DNA of 64,000 nt from Sphingomonas sp. (GTDB taxonomy: Bacteria > Pseudomonadota > Alphaproteobacteria > Sphingomonadales > Sphingomonadaceae), in assembly GCF_026460985.1 (NCBI RefSeq), contig NZ_JAPKNM010000096.1, positions 243-64,242 on the forward strand. The letters run 5' to 3'. The notes beneath the pieces were generated by a model. The model saw nothing but the letters and a program-made list of their open reading frames with translations, had not been told where the DNA came from and did no database searches. How positions within the stretch are numbered: the stretch's first letter is position 1; every line of letters begins with the position of its first letter. A program made the position numbers and the translations under genes. Below are positions 19,061 through 27,165 of the stretch, piece after piece.

Positions 19061-19623
19061 TCGTCGCGCGGCACCTCGACCGCGCCGAGCGTGGCGAGAT
19101 GCTCGGTCTGGAACTGGCAGTCGAGCAAGGTGAATCCGCCCGCCCTCAGCCGCGCGACCAGATGCGCGAAGGCGACCTTCGAGGCGTCGCGGACGCGCGT
19201 GACCATCGATTCGCCGAAAAAGGCCCGGCCGAGCGCGAGTCCGTAGAGCCCCCCGGCGAGGCGGTCGCCGTCCCAGCATTCGATCGAATGCGCGAAGCCG
19301 CGGCGATGGAGCTCGGTGAAGACGCGCTCGATCGGACCGTTGATCCAGGTATCCGGACGGTCCGTCGCCGATTCGGCGCAGAGCCGGATGACGCGATCGA
19401 ACGCCGTGTCGACGGTGACGCGGAAACGATCGGCGAGGATCGTCTTCCGGAGCGAGCGCGAGAGGTGGAAGCGGTCGAGCGGCAGGATGCCGCGCAACTT
19501 GGGCTCGACCCAATAGACGCTGGAGGCGAGGCGGTGATCGGCCATCGGGAAGACGCCCATCGCATAGGCGCGAAGTACCAGATCCGGCTCGAGGTCCAAT
19601 TGGGGCGGCAGGCGATGGGTCAT
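18874..19623 (-). CDS. aat: leucyl/phenylalanyl-tRNA--protein transferase
   Basis: LVLRAYAMGVFPMAD...YWVEPKLRGILPLDRFHLSRSL...GGLYGLALGRAFFGESM...LLDCQ. Confidence 0.85.
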   Translation of the reverse strand: MTHRLPPQLDLEPDLVLRAYAMGVFPMADHRLASSVYWVEPKLRGILPLDRFHLSRSLRKTILADRFRVTVDTAFDRVIRLCAESATDRPDTWINGPIERVFTELHRRGFAHSIECWDGDRLAGGLYGLALGRAFFGESMVTRVRDASKVAFAHLVARLRAGGFTLLDCQFQTEHLATLGAVEVPRDDYVALLGAALGDSAAGLSSGAPSVDGDFFALDALPEPPAVGAGTVSGPLSRKVIAQLLGQTS

Positions 19624-19630
19624 CCCCGTC

Positions 19631-20395
19631 TCAACGCTTCGAGGCCAGCCGGCGTTCGATCGCCTGCCATAATTCCGCGAATGCCTGCGCGCCGGGGCTC
19701 CGCGGCGCGAAGGCGGCGAGCGGCGCGCGTCGCACCGTCATCGTCTCGATGATGCTCGCCATCGGGATCACCGGCCAGTCGGGCTGCGCGGCCAGCGCCT
19801 CGGCATGGAGCTTTCGGCGCCGGTCGACCATCGAATGGACGGGCATCAGCGCCACCTTGCCCCCGCGCTCGGCGAGGTGGCTCTCGACCTCGGCGAAGGC
19901 ACGCGTGGCGAGCGGCGAGGGGATCACCGGCACCACGATCAGATCGGCGGCGCGCATCACCTGCTCGCTCGTCTCGGACAGGCCGGGCGCGCAATCGAGC
20001 AGCACGCGGTCATAGGAATCCGCCAGCGCGCCGAGCAGCTTGGCGAGGCGCTTCTTCTTGTCGAGCTCGTGGAAGGTCCGGTCGAGCGCGCGGAGCGACG
20101 TGTCGGCCGCGATCAGGTCGAGCCGGTCGATCGCGGTGTGCCGCGTCAGCTTCGCCGGCGCGACGTCGCGGGTGAAGATCGCCTGCGCCTGGCCCCGTCC
20201 ACCCGTCTCGCCGGCGAGGAGGAAGGTGGAAGCGGCCTGGGGATCGAGGTCCCACAGCAAGGTGCGCCGCGAGGAGAGCGTCGCCGCCGCCCAGGCGAGG
20301 TTGACCGCCAGCGTCGTCTTACCGACGCCGCCCTTCAGGCTGTAGACCGCGATCGTCGCCAAGCGAGTCCCTCCCTTGCGCCGTGAGGCTGGCAT
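19631..20395 (-). CDS. ParA/Soj-like ATPase (no ParB nearby)
   Basis: Deviant Walker A SLKGGVGKTT, DLDPQ, and Walker B VLLDCAPG. Trimmed to the Met at 20395. Confidence 0.75.
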   Translation of the reverse strand: MPASRRKGGTRLATIAVYSLKGGVGKTTLAVNLAWAAATLSSRRTLLWDLDPQAASTFLLAGETGGRGQAQAIFTRDVAPAKLTRHTAIDRLDLIAADTSLRALDRTFHELDKKKRLAKLLGALADSYDRVLLDCAPGLSETSEQVMRAADLIVVPVIPSPLATRAFAEVESHLAERGGKVALMPVHSMVDRRRKLHAEALAAQPDWPVIPMASIIETMTVRRAPLAAFAPRSPGAQAFAELWQAIERRLASKR

Positions 20396-20455
20396 GAAAA
20401 AGGGCCGGCGGGGAAGCCCCGCCGGCCCTTGGAAAACCACAATTCGACTTGTGCC

Positions 20456-20842
20456 TCAGGCGTGGCAGGTCTTGGCCGGCTTGCCGGGCAGGGTGACGCT
20501 GACGTTCTTCGGCGTGCCGGTGAGCTTGAAACCGCCCGCGGCCTCGAAGGGCTGGCCGGCTTCGGCCGCCTTGAGCATCGTGGCGGGGCCGCCCTTCTCG
20601 GTCTTGAGCTGGACCTGCTTGTTGCCCTGGAAGAAGTCGACATAGACGAGGCTGTTGTCGCCGCAGCGCAGCGTAACGCTCTCGGAGATCGCGGGCGGAA
20701 GCTCGACAGGCGCGGCGTTGGCGAGCTGCGACGCCATGGGATCGGGCGCGGTGCTGCTCACTTCTTCCGGAGCGTTGTTGTTGCATGCGGCTAGCGACAG
20801 GAGCGCAACGGCAGCGGCGGCAATAAGGGAGGGGTTCTTCAT
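20456..20842 (-). CDS. small lipoprotein, hypothetical
   Basis: MKNPSLIAAAAVALLSLAAC lipobox. AT-rich promoter-like spacer upstream. Confidence 0.6.
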   Translation of the reverse strand: MKNPSLIAAAAVALLSLAACNNNAPEEVSSTAPDPMASQLANAAPVELPPAISESVTLRCGDNSLVYVDFFQGNKQVQLKTEKGGPATMLKAAEAGQPFEAAGGFKLTGTPKNVSVTLPGKPAKTCHA

Positions 20843-20956
20843 AGCGGGGTTCGCTTTCGATCAAGCAGCAAGAATCGTCAAGCGATTCGTGATACATGAT
20901 TACATTATCGTTGTGCGCCGCAACATAACAGACACTTTGTTTCAGCCGTGTGACTT

Positions 20957-22246
20957 TCATTCGTGGAACTCGTCCAGATCCGGGATTCTCCCGAAGGCGA
21001 TCTTGGTGCCCACTGCGTCGATACGGCCGCCGTTCAGCGGGCCGACGCTCACCGCGTGGCGGCCGAACTTCTCGTTGATCCGGTCCATCGCGCGGCTGAG
21101 CGATAATGTCCGCGTCTCGCGCGCCAGCGGATCGTCGGGATCCAGCGCGGCGAAGAGCGAGCCCTGCTCGCCCTCGACCCCCTCGATCTCGCAGAGCGTC
21201 ACCCCCACCATGCGCAGGCGAAAGCCGCCGAGGCGTTCGCGCCCCGCGGCCGCCAGGCGGGGAAAGAGCGAATCGAGCGCCGAGAGGATGACGAAGCTGT
21301 CCTGCGTGTTCGGCAATTTGATCGCGGCGCGCCAATTGGACTTGTCGTCCTCGAACTTGCCGTGGAGCACGAGCAGCCGGCTGCGATAGCCCTTCCGCCG
21401 CAGCCGGCTCGCCGCCTTGAGCGCGAGGCGGCGCGCGGTGAGGCGGGTCGGTTCGAGCCCGCGCTTGCTGGGCGACAGGACGTGGCTGTGGCCGATCGTG
21501 CGGCTCTGGGTCGGCTTCTCCGGCAGTTCGACGCCGTGGAGCAGATACCAGAGCCGATCGCCATTGGTGCCGCCCCAGGCGGTCCCCGCGTCGCGCGGGC
21601 GGCGCTCGCAGAGTTGGCGGATGTCGAGGATGCCGTCGCGCGCGAGCCGCCGCTCCATCTTGGCGCCGATCCCCGCGATCTCGCGCAGCCGGAGGTCGTA
21701 CAGCCGGTGCGGAAGCTGGTCCGCGGTGAGCACTACCAGCCCGTCGGGCTTCTGCATGTCGGAGGCGAGCTTGGCGAGCAGGCGGTTGGGGGCGATGCCG
21801 ACCGAGCTGGTCAGGCATCCGCCGACATGCGCGCGGATGCCCGCCTTGATCCGCTTCGCCAGCGCGACCGCCGCTTCGGGCGAATTCTCGTTGTCGAGCA
21901 GCCGGCAGGCAACCTCGTCGATCGAGCAGACGTGCGTGACGGGGATGTGCTTCCAGATCTCGGCTAGGATCGCCTCGTGGAACTCGACATATTTCTCGTG
22001 CCGTGCGGGCGCGATCAATAGGTCGCGGCACTTGCGCTTCGCCTCCCAGACCGGCGTGCCGGTGGAGATGCCGTAGCTTTTGGCCTCGACCGAGGCGGCG
22101 ATCGCGACGGTGGTGTCGGCATCCACGGGCGCGACGATCACCGGCTTGCCGCGCAGCGCCGGGTCCAGCTGCTGCTCGACGCTGGCGAAATAGCTGTTGA
22201 GATCGAGGAACAGCCAGCGCAGCGGCCGGGGCGGGAAGGCCAGCAT
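20957..22246 (-). CDS. Y-family DNA polymerase (DinB/Pol IV-like)
   Basis: LFLDLNSYFASVEQ...KPVIV...SIDEV...GIAPNRLLAKLASDMQKPDG. Trimmed to Met MLAFPP at 22246. Confidence 0.8.
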   Translation of the reverse strand: MLAFPPRPLRWLFLDLNSYFASVEQQLDPALRGKPVIVAPVDADTTVAIAASVEAKSYGISTGTPVWEAKRKCRDLLIAPARHEKYVEFHEAILAEIWKHIPVTHVCSIDEVACRLLDNENSPEAAVALAKRIKAGIRAHVGGCLTSSVGIAPNRLLAKLASDMQKPDGLVVLTADQLPHRLYDLRLREIAGIGAKMERRLARDGILDIRQLCERRPRDAGTAWGGTNGDRLWYLLHGVELPEKPTQSRTIGHSHVLSPSKRGLEPTRLTARRLALKAASRLRRKGYRSRLLVLHGKFEDDKSNWRAAIKLPNTQDSFVILSALDSLFPRLAAAGRERLGGFRLRMVGVTLCEIEGVEGEQGSLFAALDPDDPLARETRTLSLSRAMDRINEKFGRHAVSVGPLNGGRIDAVGTKIAFGRIPDLDEFHE

Positions 22247-22377
22247 GTTGGAAATGCCGGCCGTAACTTCGCATTTTTCCCGCGAATCGTGAACAAAAGT
22301 TTCAACCGCGCGATCGATCCTTGCGTGGCGCGAAGCGGCGCTCGGGATCGGAGCGGAAGCGGCGAGACTCACGCCTG

Positions 22378-22392
22378 GAACAATAGCAGAAC
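22378..22392. promoter_or_regulatory. alphaproteobacterial LexA (SOS) box GAAC-N7-GAAC
   Basis: GAACAATAGCAGAAC lies in the 202-nt divergent spacer, 132 nt upstream of the polymerase ATG and 57 nt upstream of the + strand lipoprotein ORF. Confidence 0.6.
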
Positions 22393-22448
22393 ATTTCCAA
22401 CTAGGAAACGGGCTTGACCCGCGCGGGCCGGGTTCGCAGGACGGGGCG

Positions 22449-22937
22449 ATGGAGGGCAGGATGCGGCGACTGGTGATTGCGGGACTGGCGCTGGCGCTCG
22501 CCGGGTGCGGCGGCGACGAAGAGCTGGCGAACAACAGCGCCGCGCCGACGCCGACGCCCACGCCGGGACCGATGCTCGGCGGCCTGGACCTCGACAAGCC
22601 GCTGCGCGCTTCGGGGACCGGGCCCTATTGGGCGATCCACATCGCGCCGGGGACGATCACCTTCACCGACAAGGCCGATGCGGCGCCGGTGGACCTCTAT
22701 CCCGTCTCGCCCAAGCTCGCGGGCGAGACCGCAAGCTTCGAGACGCAGACGCCGCATGCCGAGCCGGTGACGATCACGCTGACGGCCAAGGCCTGCACGG
22801 CAGGCAAGGCGCAATTGCCGCTGACCGCCGAGGCGCGGATCGGCGGGCGCGTCCTGAAGGGCTGTGCGGGACCGGGCGCGTATGACTGGGCGGAGCGGGT
22901 GAAGAAAGCCTCGCCGACGCCTTCGACGGGGAAGTAG
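22449..22937 (+). CDS. lipoprotein, hypothetical
   Basis: MRRLVIAGLALALAGC lipobox. Alternative start at 22461. Confidence 0.6.
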   Translation: MEGRMRRLVIAGLALALAGCGGDEELANNSAAPTPTPTPGPMLGGLDLDKPLRASGTGPYWAIHIAPGTITFTDKADAAPVDLYPVSPKLAGETASFETQTPHAEPVTITLTAKACTAGKAQLPLTAEARIGGRVLKGCAGPGAYDWAERVKKASPTPSTGK

Positions 22938-22963
22938 GGCATGTTGGAGGTGAGCTTGGGCAC

Positions 22964-23052
22964 CCGTTCGTGCTGAGCTTGTCGAAGCACCGTCCTTCTT
23001 TCTCTACCGAGGCAAGAGAAGAACGGCCCTTCGACAAGCTCAGGGCGAACGG
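22964..23052. repeat. palindromic REP/MITE-like element, family D
   Basis: Arms CCGTTCGTGCTGAGCTTGTCGAAG (22964..22987) and CTTCGACAAGCTCAGGGCGAACGG (23029..23052) match at 22/24 nt as an inverted repeat. The element sits between convergent genes. Its translation gives the FDKLRANG-type pseudo-peptide. Confidence 0.75.
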
Positions 23053-23098
23053 AGTTGGTGGAGCCACCCTACTCCCAACCTGGAACGGGGAGGCGTGT

Positions 23099-23503
23099 TC
23101 ACCCCTCGACGGCGCGCCCGGGAGAGTCGGCCCCTCGCGCCGCCTCCAGTCGCGCCACCGATTCCTCGAGCCGCGCGAGCGACTCCAGGATCCGCACCTG
23201 CTCCTCGTGGGTGAAGGCGTCGCGGTCCTGGTTGATGCGTTCGATCAGCCGCACGACGATCAGCGGCGCGATGCCGAAGATCGAGAGGTGCATCAGCGCC
23301 AGCGCCAGCATCTCGCCGGCAGTGGTCTTGGGGCTGATGTCGCCATAGCCGGTCGAAGTGGCGGTGGTGCCTGCCCAATAGAGGCTGTTGGCGAAGCTGT
23401 GGCCTTCGATCGCCATGAACAGCAAGGTGAAGGTCAACAGCAAGATCGCATAAGCGAGCGCCAGTTCCTTGAGCGTGTCGGTCGCTGCCTGAAGCTTGTT
23501 CAT
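23099..23503 (-). CDS. minimal 2-TM potassium channel
   Basis: Selectivity filter TATSTGYGD lies between two TM helices. Coiled C-terminal tail. The ATG is 2 nt after the upstream stop. Confidence 0.8.
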   Translation of the reverse strand: MNKLQAATDTLKELALAYAILLLTFTLLFMAIEGHSFANSLYWAGTTATSTGYGDISPKTTAGEMLALALMHLSIFGIAPLIVVRLIERINQDRDAFTHEEQVRILESLARLEESVARLEAARGADSPGRAVEG

Positions 23504-23505
23504 CG

Positions 23506-24651
23506 TCACCCCCTGATAACGTGCGGAACGAAACGGGCGCGGTTGCCGGTGATCAGCCCGTCCTCGCGAATGCCCATCCCCGCGGCCTCGCCGTCTACCA
23601 CCCAGCAGCCGAGCACCGGATAGCCGTTGCCGAAATCGCGCAGGGGATAGAGCGCCTGGTACATGGTCAGCCCCTGGCGATACTCGCCCGCCGAGCGCGC
23701 CAGGCTCCGGCCGTCGGCCACGACCTCGATGTTGGCGCCCTCGCGCGCGAGAAAGGGCTTGGCGACGTAGCTGGCGCCGATCTTCTCCTGGATCACCGAC
23801 GCGGCGAGCAGGTTCGGATGATCGGGGAACATCGCCCAGAGTACCTGGAGCACCGCCTTGTTGCTCCACAGCATCTTCCAGATCGGCTCGATCCACGCGG
23901 TCTCGGGCAGATGGCGGACGATGTCCTGCCCGTAGCGCTCGCTGACGATCCACTCCCAGGGATAGAGCTTGAAGATCGCGGTGATGAGCTGATCGTCGGA
24001 GTCGACGATGCGGCCGCGGCCGTCGAGGCCGATATCGTCGATCAACACCGCCAGCGTCTCGAGCCCCGCCTGCTCGGCGAGGTCGCGCATATAGGTGGCG
24101 GTGATGGTGTCCTCGTGCGACGGATCGGCGGCGTGGGTGAACCAGATGCGCTGGTCGGGCAGGCGCGCGCGGATCTCGGCCCAGCGGCCGAGCAGTTTCT
24201 CGTGTAGGCTGTTGAACTGGTCGAGCTCGGGGAAGAGCGCTTCCTTCCAGTCCCACTGGACCACCGCCGCCTCGAGCATCGAAGTGGGGGTGTCGCAGTT
24301 GAACTCGAACAGCTTGGGCTCGCCCTCGCCGGTATAGCCGAAGTCGAAGCGGCCATAGTTGAGCGAGGGCGGCTCGTTCCGCCACGCCGCCTTGAGCGGA
24401 CGATGGCAATATTCGGGGATGCCGAACAGGTCGAGGATCTCGGGATCCTCGACGATCCGCTCGCCCGCCTCGAGGAACAGGCCGTAGACGCTCTCGGCGG
24501 CCGCCTCGATCTTCTCGATCTCGGCGAGGCTGAACGCATAATAAGCGCGCTCGTCCCAATAAGGCTCGCCGTCCTGGCTGTGCCAGATCAGCCCCTGCGC
24601 CTCGACCTTGCCCTGCCAGTCGTCGCGCGGCGCGATCGCATGCCGCTCCAC
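23506..24651 (-). CDS. glutathionylspermidine-synthase-like ATP-grasp protein (YjfC/YgiC family)
   Basis: YGRFDFGYTGEGEPKLFEFNCDTPTSMLEAAVVQW...LYPWEW...VAKPFLAREGANI. Confidence 0.8.
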   Translation of the reverse strand: MERHAIAPRDDWQGKVEAQGLIWHSQDGEPYWDERAYYAFSLAEIEKIEAAAESVYGLFLEAGERIVEDPEILDLFGIPEYCHRPLKAAWRNEPPSLNYGRFDFGYTGEGEPKLFEFNCDTPTSMLEAAVVQWDWKEALFPELDQFNSLHEKLLGRWAEIRARLPDQRIWFTHAADPSHEDTITATYMRDLAEQAGLETLAVLIDDIGLDGRGRIVDSDDQLITAIFKLYPWEWIVSERYGQDIVRHLPETAWIEPIWKMLWSNKAVLQVLWAMFPDHPNLLAASVIQEKIGASYVAKPFLAREGANIEVVADGRSLARSAGEYRQGLTMYQALYPLRDFGNGYPVLGCWVVDGEAAGMGIREDGLITGNRARFVPHVIRG

Positions 24652-24655
24652 AGGC

Positions 24656-25078
24656 TCAGGACCTGCCGCCGCCGAAGCTGCGCCCGCTCGAGCCCAGCCC
24701 GCCGCGCGACACCGCCGCCGAGCGCGTCATCCGCGACGATGCCGGCGCGGCGGCATAGCTGACGCCAGCGGCCGGCGCGAACGAGCCGCGGCCGGCATAG
24801 CGGGGGTTGCGGATCGACTCGCCGTAATAGGGGACGGCCGAGTTGCGCCCGAGATAATACCAGAGGAACGCGGTCCCCACGCCGCTCCCGCCGCCGCTGT
24901 GGACGACGGTGCGCTGGCCGCACTGGCTGTCGTCGACGCGGTTGCCGTCCTTGTCGACGCAGATCGCGGTGTCGCGATCGGCGACGACGTCTTCGTTCCA
25001 GTCGTCGTTGGACGAGCATCCGGGCAGCGATAGCAGGGCCGCGGCCATCGCCGTCGTCATGGACAATTGCTTCTTCAT
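24656..25078 (-). CDS. DUF1190-like lipoprotein (YgiB/YjfM family, tentative)
   Basis: Lipobox LLSLPGC and a Gly/Ser-rich tail. Its position between the DUF350 and GspS-like genes matches the E. coli ygiBC / yjfLMC arrangement. Confidence 0.55.
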   Translation of the reverse strand: MKKQLSMTTAMAAALLSLPGCSSNDDWNEDVVADRDTAICVDKDGNRVDDSQCGQRTVVHSGGGSGVGTAFLWYYLGRNSAVPYYGESIRNPRYAGRGSFAPAAGVSYAAAPASSRMTRSAAVSRGGLGSSGRSFGGGRS

Positions 25079-25103
25079 CGCGTGTCTCCTGTCGACCGGC
25101 TGC

Positions 25104-25511
25104 TCAAGGGACCATGCAGGCCGCCTGGAGGATGCCGATCCCCAGCCCGGTGCCGCCGACGAAGATGCCCGAGGCGACGCAGCCGTCGGCGATCCGCTTG
25201 GAGATCGCCGTGAACAGCAGCCGCGCGATGGCGAAGAAGACGATGAGCTGGACCAGGGCCGCGACCGCGCCCCAGAGCAGCATGTCGGGGATGCTCACCG
25301 AATGGCCGATCACGATCGCCACGGGCACCGCGAAGCCGAGGAAGGTGCCGGTGAGCTGGGTCGCCGCCGCGGTGTTGCCCTCGCGGATCAGGGCGAATTC
25401 CTTGTGCGGTGTGATCAGCACGTAGATCGCCAGGAACGCCACCGCGAGCCCGAGCGCGGCGCCGAAATAGGCGAGGAAATGCGGCAAAGTATCGGTGAAA
25501 TATTCGAACAT
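25104..25511 (-). CDS. DUF350 (YjfL-like) membrane protein
   Basis: Four predicted TM helices. MFEYFTDTLPHFLAYFGAALGLAVAFLAIYVLITPHKEFALIREGNTAAA. Confidence 0.7.
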   Translation of the reverse strand: MFEYFTDTLPHFLAYFGAALGLAVAFLAIYVLITPHKEFALIREGNTAAATQLTGTFLGFAVPVAIVIGHSVSIPDMLLWGAVAALVQLIVFFAIARLLFTAISKRIADGCVASGIFVGGTGLGIGILQAACMVP

Positions 25512-25552
25512 GGCGTGCCCTCCCGTTTTCGCGCCCGTTTCCTCCATGCCTA

Positions 25553-26065
25553 TCAGCGGTTCGGAGCTTCGGGAAGCCATGCCGCGAGCGTCTGCCACGC
25601 GGGCAGCTTCGCCGCGAATCCGATCGTGTGGAGCGGGCTGCTCGAGGGGAGGGCGACGACCTCGTAGCGGGTAGCCGCGGCGCCGAGCTGCTTGCGGCCG
25701 TGGCGCAGCGCGGTGCCGCCGTTGAACGCGATCGCGCGGAGATGGGGGAGGGTGGCGGCGAGCGCCGCGATGTCGTGCCCCTCGATGTCGCGTATCGCCG
25801 CGTCGGTGCTGCCCGGGCGCGTGGCGCTCGCGACGACGTCCCACAGGCCGATATGCGCGGCGAGCAAAGCGGCGAGGCGCTCGTCATAGGAGAGGGGAGA
25901 CAGGTCGCGGCCGGCAGCGGGCGAGATCAGCCGCCAGAACTGGTTCTGCGGATGCGCGTAATAGCGCCGCTCCGCCAGGGAGCGCTCGCCGGGCAGCGAG
26001 CCCAGGACGAGCAGCCGCACGCGCGCGTCGACGACCGGCGGAAAGCTGTGCTTGCGCGCGCTCAC
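25553..26065 (-). CDS. DNA-deoxyinosine/uracil-DNA glycosylase superfamily protein
   Basis: HSFPPVVDARVRLLVLGSLPGERSLAERRYYAHPQNQFW. GTG start 26065..26063 overlaps the vapC stop (GTGA). Confidence 0.7.
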   Translation of the reverse strand: MSARKHSFPPVVDARVRLLVLGSLPGERSLAERRYYAHPQNQFWRLISPAAGRDLSPLSYDERLAALLAAHIGLWDVVASATRPGSTDAAIRDIEGHDIAALAATLPHLRAIAFNGGTALRHGRKQLGAAATRYEVVALPSSSPLHTIGFAAKLPAWQTLAAWLPEAPNR

Positions 26066-26454
26066 AGTGCGGCGGTGATGTCGGTATGGACGAAGTCGTC
26101 GCCCTTGAAGAGCAAGGGCTCGCCGGTCGCCTTGGCGAGGGCGTAGGCGAAGCAATCGCCGAAGTTGAGGCGGGCGGGGTGGCGGGAGGCCTGGCCAAAG
26201 GTACGGTAGCCAGTCTCGCCGATGACTGCTTGTTCTGCGGTGACGGGCGCAATCTCCAACGGAAACAATTCGAGCAGTTCGCTCAGCTTTTTGCGGAGTA
26301 TGGGGTCCGCGCGGCGAGTCAGGACGACCGTAAGCTCGATCCAACTGCCGGCTGAGATTCGCCGTATCGCGGCAGTGCGCAAGGCGCGGGTGATAGCGGC
26401 CTGCTCAGGCTCGTCGAGCAGCATCGCCATTACCGCGGAGGTGTCGACGATCAC
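26062..26454 (-). CDS. vapC: PIN-domain toxin VapC
   Basis: VIVDTSAVMAMLLDEPE...NFGDCFAYALA...LLFKGDDF. GTG start overlaps the vapB stop (GTGA). Confidence 0.8.
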   Translation of the reverse strand: MIVDTSAVMAMLLDEPEQAAITRALRTAAIRRISAGSWIELTVVLTRRADPILRKKLSELLELFPLEIAPVTAEQAVIGETGYRTFGQASRHPARLNFGDCFAYALAKATGEPLLFKGDDFVHTDITAAL

Positions 26455-26717
26455 TTGGGCAGGCCGTCCTCGTCGTAGATTTCGTCCATGATCTCTTTCG
26501 AGGTCTTGCCATGCCAATCGGCGGGCATATGCGCACGAAACTCGCGGCTTATCTCCTGCACCCGCGCAATCGTTTCCTGAATTTCTTCCTCGCGCCGTTG
26601 CAATTCGCGCTCAAGCGCTTGGCGGATCGCCTTGGTCACCGGTTGGCCGGTGGCGTCGGCGAGCTCGCGCGCCAGCCGGACAGTTTCAGCATCCTTGATG
26701 TTGAGCTGCGCACCCAT
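26451..26717 (-). CDS. vapB: type II antitoxin VapB (Rv0623/PSK-like)
   Basis: MGAQLNIKDAETVRLARELADATGQPVTKAIRQALERE. 88 aa, immediately upstream of the PIN gene. Confidence 0.75.
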   Translation of the reverse strand: MGAQLNIKDAETVRLARELADATGQPVTKAIRQALERELQRREEEIQETIARVQEISREFRAHMPADWHGKTSKEIMDEIYDEDGLPK

Positions 26718-26789
26718 TTTTCTACCTCCAGGCGCACTCTTTCTACCATGGCTTGAAAGCAGGGGGAAGTCGGGTGTAGCTTCCCGACC

Positions 26790-27119
26790 ATGGCGCGCAC
26801 GATCACCCGTTACGCCGATTTCTGGCCCTACTATCTGCGCGAGCACGCGAAGCCCGAGACGCGGCGGCTGCATTATGTCGGGACCGCGCTGACCTTCCTG
26901 TTCCTCGCGCTTGCGCTGGCATGGGGCGGCTGGTGGTGGCTGCTGATTCCGCTGGCGGGCTACGGCTTCGCCTGGGCGGCGCATTTCGGGGTGGAGAAGA
27001 ACCGGCCGGCGACCTTCACCTATCCGCTCTGGTCGCTCTTCTCGGACTATCGGATGTTCTTCCTGTGGCTCGGCCGAAGGCTGGGGCCGCATCTGAAGCG
27101 CGCGGGCGTCGCGACATAG
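26790..27119 (+). CDS. DUF962 (Mpo1-like) membrane protein
   Basis: [25 protein letters not shown]...[30 protein letters not shown]. Confidence 0.75.
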   Translation: MARTITRYADFWPYYLREHAKPETRRLHYVGTALTFLFLALALAWGGWWWLLIPLAGYGFAWAAHFGVEKNRPATFTYPLWSLFSDYRMFFLWLGRRLGPHLKRAGVAT

Positions 27120-27165
27120 TTTCACTTGCTTGCGGTTGCGGGCAGGACGCCCCTATCTAGCCGCC

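Noticed and set aside
22291-22306. GAACAAAAGTTTCAAC near the polymerase start as a second SOS box
   Set aside because: The second half is TCAA rather than GAAC, and the palindrome is imperfect. It does not fit the GAAC-N7-GAAC architecture.
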